DNA from: Mobula hypostoma | Taxonomy: Eukaryota | Assembly: GCF_963921235.1 (NCBI RefSeq) | Contig: NC_086107.1 | Location: 107,758,001-107,822,000, forward strand | Direction: 5' to 3' | Length of the DNA stretch: 64,000 nucleotides | In this document: in pieces, positions 51,600 through 61,203 of the stretch | Numbering within the stretch: position 1 is the stretch's first letter | Layout of the letters: each line of letters begins with the position of its first letter | Made by a program: the position numbers and the translations under genes | Notes under the pieces: generated by a model | Database searches by the model: none | Seen by the model: the letters and a program-made list of their open reading frames with translations, nothing else | Told to the model about the DNA's origin: nothing

Positions 51600-51881
51600 T
51601 CTATGAAGTAGCAAATAGATTTTAAGATCTGACTGCAAAGTAACGAGAGGAAACTCGATGAAAATAAAAAAAGGGTGACAGAGATTAATTAATGTTCTAA
51701 TGTAAAGTGCTATTGGCAAGTGAACTTTATCCACATACTTGAAGTGTCTGCAGCAGAGCTTATCACATTTAAAGAGGGAATTTGTTGAAAGTGATTGGGT
51801 ACAGGATAAAGTAGAAAATGGAGATTCAGAAACAACACCATGAGCTGAATGCTCTACTTGTATGATTGACTAAATTGTAAA

Positions 51882-52356
51882 TAACTTGGAAAATGTGTAG
51901 CTTGGGTAGTTGATGGTTGGGTTGAGTCATTCCCCGATCCTGCCGATTCATTTGCAAACATTTCTTCACCCATGAAGATCGAGAGAGGCACAAATTCGAC
52001 TAGTCATCAGTGAAAGTCACGGTGCAAGCAAACTCATGGCATGCAAAAGAATTCTTAGAACTGTGGTTTTCTGCGAACAATTCTGCAAACAGATATGTAG
52101 ACTTCAATCCTTTATGAGTTGATGTGGGCAAAACTCCAGACCACAATACATAGAGTTTGCCATGCAATGAGATCCCCTCCCTACATCACAATTCAGTTTC
52201 CATTATAACGACCAATCGGCTGATTGATAAGAATATGAAGGCCAAGCATTCGGAGGACACAAGCCCAAGTTAACAGCACACTGATGATGTATCCTTGTAT
52301 GGTAATGAAACATTTGCAAATGAATTGCCAAACTCGGAGAGCAACACAACCCAAAC
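51882..52356 (+). mobile_element. Second Penelope-like family fragment with inverted pLTR and hammerhead-like motif
   Basis: Peptide HEDRERHKFD*..AKEFLELWFS..NRYVDFNP. Motif CTGATGA..GAAACATT at 52281-52314. Inverted pLTR at about 51882-51970. ATTGACTAA on both flanks. Confidence 0.6.
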
Positions 52357-52668
52357 ATTGACTAATTTTATAAAGGAAATAATTTTGTTGATAAATTAGT
52401 CTTCTCTTAACTCTGCTGCCAATGAAGTACCACCATTCATGATGACATAAATATTAGGAGGTTGGATGGCCTGATAACCTTCATGATTGGGAAAGCAATG
52501 AGAGGAAATTAAATGTCAGATGCATATTGTTGAAAAGGATCGGAAACTCCAAGAGGAGAATGATGTTCCTACCCTCAAGACCTTCCCTGCTGGTAATAAT
52601 TTTGCCCATTCAAGACTGCTGCAATTGTAGAAAGAGTCAGATTGAGATATGGCCAGAAAATGCATCAC

Positions 52669-52925
52669 CTGTGTGCTCACCATGACCCTCTGCAAGTGGA
52701 GAGCTCCCAGTTGTGCGCCCACGATCCTGAGGCACAGCCTTGTAGTGGGGCTGGACAGAGGAGATGTGGCCATCCTCCGGGTGTGCATCGGCATCACCTT
52801 GACCAGGCTTCATGTTCTTCCGTCGGCGGGGCTGGTACTTGTAGTCCGGGTGGTCCTTCTTGTGCTGGGATCGCAGTCTCTCAGCCTCTTCCACAAAGGG
52901 CCTCTTGTCATTCTCATTTAGTAAC
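52669..52925 (-). CDS. SOX10: SOX10 second coding exon (C-terminal part of HMG box and linker)
   Basis: Translates (R)[37 protein letters not shown]...EGHGEHT(G). Acceptor ccgcAG at 52927-52926 (phase 2) and donor GT at 52668-52667 (phase 1). Length 257 nt = 1+255+1, which matches the SoxE exon structure. Confidence 0.96.
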
Positions 52926-53155
52926 CTGCGGTGAATAGGGAAGAAAAGTAGTTCTGTAATTCTTCAATTTGAGTTCATGCAACTGAAGAAAAATGAATTT
53001 ATTATTTATTAATTTATACATTTTGGAGAATGCCACTCAACCCATTGTGTACTAGCAACATGATAGGGTTGTCCTATTTCTCCTATTTGTTCCTGTTCTT
53101 TTCCTTTAGCATTGAGAGTGTCTCCTCCAAGAACTTATCAATGCTTAAATCATAG

Positions 53156-53405
53156 GCGGCATGGGAGCATGGTGGTTAGCATAACACTTTGCAGTGCCAG
53201 TGACCTGGGTTCAATTCCCACCACTGTCTGTAAGGAGTTTGTATGTTCTCCCCGTAACCACACGGGTTTCCTCCAGGTGCTCCGGTTTCCTACCACATTC
53301 CAAGGAAATACAGGTTAGTAGGTTAATTAGTCACTTAAATGTATTTAGATGGCATTGGCTTATTGGACTAGTAATGCCTGTTACTGTGCTGTATCTCTAA
53401 ATAAA
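53156..53405 (+). mobile_element. V-SINE (another copy at about 59445-59695)
   Basis: tRNA-like head GGGTTCAATTCCC, V-domain, A-rich tail. Confidence 0.8.
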
Positions 53406-53459
53406 AATAAAATACAACAAGTACATTGCTTTTTTGTTAATGGTCAAGTTTGAAAATTC

Positions 53460-53700
53460 AGGGGCTGAGCCCACTCCTGAGATTCAAACATATAATCTAG
53501 GCTGATAATTCCAGTGCAGTGTTGAGGGAGCATGGTTAGAAGTGAGATATTAAAACTGAGTCCTTGCCAACCCTCTCAGATGGCTGTTAAAATCCCATGG
53601 CTACTTTACAAGGAGCAAGTTTTCCGCAACCAGCTCTTGGGCCAATATTTATTCCTAGCCCATAGTTATACTAATGATCAGACTTCACTGGGTGTAAAGT
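53460..53700 (+). mobile_element. Ancient DeuSINE (SacSINE1/AmnSINE1-like) remnant
   Basis: CCAGTGCAGTGTTGAGGGAG..GAGATATTAAAACTGAG..CCCTCTCAGATGG..AAATCCCATGGC..GGCCAATATTTATTCC resembles the Deu domain. Confidence 0.6.
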
Positions 53701-54629
53701 GATTTGAGATGTGTTGATCATGATGCAGAAATGCAAATCTTTTGTTCCATTTTCTCCCACTGGATTTTCAGCTAGTTAGCTTGTAACACCATCACCTTCT
53801 GCTAACACAAAGTTCTCATCGATCTCCATCTCTCACTGGGAGCAGGACAGATCCGGAATCAAATTTAGTATCACTGACATGTGTCTTGAAATTTGTTGTT
53901 TTGTAGCATCAGTACAAGGCAATGCATAAATTAAAAATTACAATAAGAAATATGAAAAAATAAATAATGCAAGAAGAGAGCAAAAATAGTGAGGTGGTGT
54001 TCATGGGCTGGCTTGTTGTCCGTTCAGCTGTCTGATGGCAGAGAGGGAAAAAGGTGTGTGTCTTCAGGCTCCTGTACCTCCTCCCTAATGGTGTTGATGG
54101 AAGGAGGACATGTCTTAAGTCATGGGAGTCCTTAATGGTGGATGCTGCCCTTTTGAGGCATTGCCTTTTGAAGCTGCCCTCAATGCTGGGGAGGTTAGTG
54201 CCTGTGATGGAGCTGGCTGAATTTACAACTCTCTGCAGCTCTTTCCAATCCTGTTCGGTGGCTGCACCATACCAGACGCAATGGAGCCCGTTAGAATGCT
54301 GCTCACAGTACAGTACTGGACTCCAAGTGTAATATTATGGTACTTCCCTTGGGTCAAAATCATGAATGGGATTGATGTGATGAATAAGGATAAAATGGGG
54401 AGCGCTCGATCAAGAGAGCTGATGGGCTCAGTAATCTCCTGCGATCCCACATACGGCATGCCTCAGTTCTCTTTCCACAATCAGTGAGAAAGCTGCCTCA
54501 ATTAAAAAATAACACTGGGACAGATACACTCATTTCATCATCATCAGAAATCAAGAAACAATTTTCCTAGATCCCATTGTTATTATTGAATATGGTTTTA
54601 ACTAGGATACAAGGCCAGTGGGTCTATAA

Positions 54630-54900
54630 GTTGTGGTTCAGTGGGTACTGAGGTTCCCCCCCTCCCCGCCAAGGTCAAGGTTGCACGTTTAATCCTCACA
54701 CCAGAGACTTGAGCGTATTATGCCGGCAGCATTCTGCTATGGCATTGAGGGATTGTTGCACTATCAGAGGTGTCCTCTTGAGGAGACTCGAAATGAAACC
54801 TTAGTTTGGCTTGATGTTAAATATTCTAGAATGCCCTTTAAACAGTAGGGCAGTTCTCACTACCCTGACCAACTTCTATTCCCTGACCAACAGCACTAAA
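54630..54900 (+). mobile_element. Ancient DeuSINE remnant (others at about 31190-31440 plus and 63400-63480 minus)
   Basis: TGAGGGATTGTTGCACTATCAGAGGTGTCCTCTT and the downstream CCTGACCAAC..TCCC..CAACAGCACTAAA. Confidence 0.55.
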
Positions 54901-57094
54901 GTGGGTTAGATGAAGTGTCTTGGCCCGAAACGTAGACTATTTCTTTCTGTAGTTGCTGCCTGACCTGCTGAGTTCCTTCAGCATTTTGTGTGTTACTAAA
55001 AGGGGTTATCCAGTCATCATGGTATTGCTGTTGTGGGATCTTGCTGAGCATCTGACTACAGTTCACAAAAAAAACTTGCACTGTTTATTGTCAGAAGTTA
55101 TCTTCTTAAACCTACACTCAGGCTAGGCCCAGGACCCAAAACCGTAGGCTCCAATTCAGACCAGGAGCTCGGCCAGCGAGCTGCTTAAAGTGATCTCATT
55201 CACTTTAATACTGGAGTCAAGTATTATAAAAGTGGTGACGTTACCAACTTCCTGAAACAGGGTTTGGTCAGGTCAGCCCAGTGTTGCCTGGCAGACAAAA
55301 TAGCGACACAGGGAGGTTCTCTGTTATCCAAATGGGTGAATGTGTCATGGACCATGTTCACTCAGGAAATTTCACTAAATTGTTAACAGAAAAGTGTCTG
55401 CGGATGCTGGAAATCCAGAGTTACGCATATAAAATGCTGGAGGAACTTAGGTTAGGCAGCATGATGGAGAGGAATAAAGACTCGGGCCGAGACCCTTCAT
55501 TAGGACTCACTGAATTATCTCAGTATGTCCAAGAGAAAGGAGAGACCTCCACATTTAGTCTCTCAGATCCTCTCCACGCGGGAGATGCCGACTTAATTAC
55601 TAGAGCTCCTCAATTCTCATTCCCTCAGAGACATACTGATACAGTGAATGGTGCCTCCCACAGCTTCCTCACAGATATGTCTGATCATTCTTGCTCTTTT
55701 GGGATTACCATAGTGTCTTTCACTTTCTCGGGGAAATACGTAGACAGTGGCATTTCCCTTTACCTTCTCCAAGAAATCTTTATATCGACTAGTCTCTTAT
55801 GGAAATAACTGTACAATCACAGCCATCTCTCAGGGAAGTTGCCTCCTTCTACCAGTTTGCATCCTTCCTATTTCCCCCCCACTGCTTTTCCAGACTGCAT
55901 CTCCATCTTTGGGTTGGTCAGGGGAAGTTAAACTGTAACTTTACAGATATCGCAAATGGATATTGCGTGGGTCACATTATTGCCAATCTGAATGTGCATT
56001 CACATCAATATGGCAAGGATACAGAGATGATTCACAAAAGGATACAACTCAGGTGAGCAAAGGACAGGGTTAATGGGTGTGACCATGCAGAGATATTGGA
56101 AGTTACGGAGAAGTTTGTGAAGTTCTAAGGAACTGTGGATTAGACAAGGTGCAGAGTGTGAGCTGAAGAATCTGTCCATCGGAACAGAGGAGGGTAGCAG
56201 GGTATGAAAATCAGCAGTGTAGCTGCATATATAACAGAAAACTAACTGGCTCTGGGGCTTGTACTTGCTGAAGCTTAGAAGAATGAGGGGTGAATCTCTT
56301 TGAAACCTCTTGAATATTGTAAGGACTAGGTAGAGTGGACACGGAGAGAATGTTTCCAATAGTGGGGGAATCTAGGGACAGACAGCACAGCCTCTTAAAA
56401 GCAGAGATGAGGAATTTTAGCCAGAGGGTGCTGAATCTGCTGAATTAATTGCCATGAATAGCTGTGGAGGCCAAGTCATAGGGTATATTGAAGGCAGAGG
56501 TTAATAGGTTCGTGATAAGTCAGGGCATCAAAGGTTATGGGGAGAAGGCAGGAGAATGGGGTTAAGAGGGATAACAAAACTTCCACAATAGAATGGCAGA
56601 GCAGACGATGGGCCAAATAGGCTAATTCTGTGCTTAGAATGCTTTGGAAAATAAAGATTACTATAGTACCTTTCAGTCAGGTTGTGTAATTACATTTCCA
56701 GTATGTCTGAAATGGGATTGAGGCACACAGCAAGATCCCATAAGCTGCAAATTGACAATCTGTTTCAATGATCATAGCTACATAAATATTGGCCAAGGAC
56801 ACAAGTAAGATTTACTATAAGAAATATGCTGCTGAGTCAATGGGGTCTTGATTTAATACTGCATCTAACAGTCCCAAACTCTATCAGTAAAGGCCCTGAA
56901 ACAATCAGCTTGGACTATAGACAGGAGTAATTGGAGGAATTTAACTAATGTCTCTGGATATGGGGGCGGGGGAGTGGTGGTGACTGAGCAATTATCCCAC
57001 TCAGTGCTGGAGATCACAGAATTTTCATGCTTTGGAGCTAGGGAAAAAGGGTCATGCAAGGGAGATAAGTCATAGTCATGTGTCAACTAGTATA

Positions 57095-58050
57095 CTCATA
57101 GTCATAGTCATACTTTATTGATCCCAGGAGAAATTGGTTTTCATTACAGTTGCACCATAACTAATTAAATAGTAATAAAACCATAAATAATTAAATAATA
57201 ATATGTAAATTATGCCAGGAAATAAGTCCAGGACCAGCCTATTGGCTCAGGGTGTCTGACCCTCCAAGGGAGGAGTTGTGAAGTTTGATGGCCACAGGCA
57301 GGAATGACTTCCTATGACACTCTGTGTTGCATCTCGGTGAAATGAGTCTCTGGCTGAATGTACTCCTGTGCCCAACCAGTCCATTACGTAGTGGATGGGA
57401 GACATTGTCCAAGATAGCATGCAACTTGGACAGCATCCTCTTCTTAGACACCACCATCAGAGAGTCCAGTTAACCCAGTTATTCCTCATGTTAACCCATC
57501 GACCAAATGCCCTTTACTGGATAGGATCAGTGAAAGGTAAATGAAGATATTACATTTGGTCATCTGTTATTCTTGTATGATCTTAGGCCTGTGGCTACTC
57601 TGCCATTCTATCACAAGAAAGCAGCATTCATCATCAAGGACACCTACCATCCAGACCATGTCCTTTGCTCACTACTGCTATTGAGGAGGTGGTACAGGAT
57701 CCTCAGGCCTCACACCATCAGGTTCAGGAACAGTTATTACCTCTCAACCATCAGGATCCTGATCTGGTGTGGATAACTTCACTCACCCAACACTGACTTG
57801 ATTCCACAACCTATAGACTCATTTTCAAGGACTCTACAACTCATGTTCTCAGTATTATGTATTATTTGTTTTTTTTTGGATTTGCACAGTTTGCTTTCTT
57901 TAGCACATTGGTTGTTTGCCAGTCTTTATGTGTAGCTTTTCATTGATTCTATTGTATTTCTTTGTTCTACTGTGAATGCCTGCAAGAAAATGAATCTCAG
58001 AGTAGTACAAGGTAACATATATGAACTTTGATAATAAAATTACTTTGATC
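57095..58050. mobile_element. Two Rex1/Babar-like 3' fragments in opposite orientations
   Basis: KLHAILDNVSHPL..FSQRLI..RKSFLPVAIKL (minus). IIKD..HP.H..RFRNSY (plus). Confidence 0.65.
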
Positions 58051-60147
58051 TTTTTTGTCATCTTAAATAGCCTTCATTTACATTAATGCCCAATGGCACC
58101 AGAGAACAGGAATTCACAGCAACTGCAGAGATCACCTAGGATTTTTTGCTCCACTTGGTCAGGAACATCCTTCACCCCTAATACTTTATACTTTATTGTC
58201 ACCAAACAATTGGTACTAGAACGTACAATCATCACAGCGATATTTGATTCTGCGCTTCCCACTCCCTGGATTACAAATATTAAATATTAAAAATAGTAAA
58301 AATTAGTAAATATTAAAAAATTAAATTATAAATCATAAATAGAAAATAGAAATAGCTTGCTTACATTATTTCCAACACAGTAAACTGCCCTAAAGGCTGT
58401 CCCAGAAGTTACAGTTAAAGTTACTCAGTGGGATCATAAGCACAGGTGACACAAATGTAATTGAGAGCTTGCTTTTGGGATGTCTAAGGGGAAGAGGGAC
58501 AGCTGGAGAGGTTTTGAGGGGAATTTTAGAAATTAGTGCTCAGCCACCTAAAAGGCACAGTCGTCAGTGGTGGAATGTTTTAAATCAGAGGCTGGATTTA
58601 GAGGACTGCAAGGATTTCAAGGTTTTAAGTCAAAGAAGCCAGTGTAATCCAACAGGTTGCTGTTAAATTGGGTCATACAAGTTAACAAATCACATGCAAG
58701 TAAAACATTTTTTACCCCTCCAGAGACCTTTCCCTGGCCATTTTACTTTATGCTGTACTCTATTCAAATACAATCCATGATGTTAAAGAGAAGTCCCACA
58801 AGGGAATCACTCTCCATATGGTCAAAGCTAACAGCAATGTAGCAATTAGGCATGCGATAGAGAGTGAGAGCCGGCGTACAGGGGCGTAACCGCAGGGCCG
58901 TGAGCAAGACCACGACCGTGCATGGTGTGTATTTTATTACAGCTGGTGCTGCTTCACTTTGCTGGGCTCTGCTTTGAACTAACCCATTCCACTCACGATG
59001 TCTGAGGGAGAAAAGAAAGAAGTTTCATTTGAATGATGTTCCTGCAAGGAGGTCTGTGACCCTGAACTGGTGCCAGAGGCAGCCGAGAATTCCTGTCCCC
59101 ATCACTCCTACACTCCTTTTCTCCGTAAAAGAATCTCAGAAAAAGTAGCCAGTTTATGACATATCCCAAATCTTTGAGAATATGACCAAAAAAACTATGC
59201 ACTGACCTTTAACCCCTTCCTGCCTTCTGAAAGTCAAAGTCAGGCTATCTCAATATTCCTCTCAGACTCAGTTAAAATTAAGCAGTAGGGGCAACTAAAT
59301 TTGAATATGTAAGTACAAGGATCAGTAAAATGTGACTCAAATTTTTGCCTTTGATTTACTGACATCTTCATTGCTTTCCACTTTGGGCCTTTATGTGACT
59401 CTAGCCCTGCACCTGCTGCTTTCTGAAGTGGCCTGAGATTCGGGGCGGCGCAGTAACCCAGCGGTTAGCCCACCGCTTTTACAGTGGCAGCGACCCAGGT
59501 TCAATTCTGCCACTGTCTGTAAGGAACCTGTACGCTCTCCCCATGACCTGCGTGTGTTTCCTCTGGGTGGTCCTGTTTCCTCCCACATTCCAAAGACGTG
59601 CAGGTTAACAGGTTTATTGATCACATGGGTGTTATTGGGCAGCACAGGCTCGTTGAGCTGGAAGGACCTGTTACCGTGCAGTACATCTAAAATAAAAGCA
59701 ACATTATTCCATTAAAATATAAAACATCATGACCACTTGGCTTCAATTTAGGACCCTGTGGAGACCCATGCAATATGATTGAAGCAGCTCAAGGTAGCTG
59801 ATCAGTTTTAAGGGACAGCCAAGATGGACAATGAATGCTGGCCTTGCCAGAATAGTTTACATCCATGAGATAAAGAAAAGTAAGTTATAAACTGTTAAAC
59901 TGTGGATCCTTTGAATGTGGAATGTGGATTAAGAATGGAGGATTCATTCAGTGTTCAAGCAGCACTCCTGTGCCATACTGTTAGAAGCCATTAAAGGCAG
60001 AGGTGTTTTTAAAGCCCCATGTTACATCATGCCAACACCTGCAAATTTATTGTTCTAGAGCGCCACAACTATCTCACCTCCCACCACCAAATCCACCTGA
60101 CCAATTGCTCTAACCAGTACCAAACTGAACCTGCAAAGTTGTCAGAT

Positions 60148-60559
60148 AACACACATCAAAGTTGCTGGTAAGTTGTCAGATAACACACATCAAAGTTGCT
60201 GGTGAACGCAGCAGGCCAGGCAGCATCTCTAGGAAGAGGTACAGTTGACGTTTCGGGCCGAGACCCTTCGTCAGGACTAACTGAAAGAGGAGCTAGTAAG
60301 AGATTTGAAAGTGGGAGGGGGAGGGGGAGATCCTAAATGATAGGAGTAGACAGAAGGGGGAGGAATGGAGCCAAGAGCTGGACAGTCGATTGGCAAAAGG
60401 GATATGAGAGGATCATGGGACAGGAGGCCTAGGGAGAAAGAAAAGGGGGGGGGGAACCCAGAGGGACAGAGGGAGAAAAAGGAGAGAGAGAAAAAGAATG
60501 TGTGTATATAAATAATGGATGGGGTATGAGGGGGAGGTGGGGCATAGCAGAAGTTTGAA
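60148..60559 (-). mobile_element. Penelope-like pLTR/3' fragment in SOX10 intron with near-intact hammerhead (60242-60279)
   Basis: Reverse complement of the 10580-10986 region. TTGTCAGAT at 60139-60147, 60173-60181 and 60560-60568. Confidence 0.8.
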
Positions 60560-61078
60560 TTGTCAGATGCTCTTTTGATCTCTGGAAAGAACAGAACCCA
60601 CCCATATCATGGACACAGCCAGCAGAGAGTCCATGGAGGTTTTACCACTGACTGCGGTATTAAAATTTTTCAGGTTCACGGGTACATGTGCATTGCAAAC
60701 ACCCATCAACACCTCAACAATAAAGGCATGCATTTACAGTTACAGGAACATTCTTAGACAAAATGACACCAAACTGCTTAACATCAGGCGTGTCAACAAA
60801 AGCTTGGTCAGAGAGCTGGCTTTTAAGAAGAAAAATTAGAGGTGAAAGAAAACTTCTAAGACCAGAAAACACAACTACCAATTGAAATGTTTGGGGAGAA
60901 TCAAGAATTTGAATAGCTCAAAGATCTCAGATTTGGACGAGTTTAATTTTATGGAGATTGGAATGTGGGATGACAGCCAGGAGTGTTTAGGAATGGTCAT
61001 ATCTGAAAGTAACAGAGGCCTTCTAATTCATTCGGAACTGAGAGAATTTGAGTGGTGAGGGAATAAATCTTTTATATT

Positions 61079-61203
61079 CACGAGGAATTCTGCAGATGCT
61101 GGAAATTCAAGCAACACACATCAAAGTTGCTGGTGAACATAGCAGGCCAGGTAGCATCTCTAGGAAGAGGTACAGTCGACACTTCGGGCTGAGACCCTTC
61201 GTC
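61079..61203 (-). mobile_element. Penelope-like pLTR fragment truncated inside the hammerhead core
   Basis: Flanks AATCTTTTATATT and AATCTTTTACATT. Confidence 0.75.

Noticed and set aside
47389..52925. Assignment to SOX9 or SOX8
   Set aside because: Motifs [26 protein letters not shown] and [13 protein letters not shown] match SOX10; there is no SOX9-type PQA tract.
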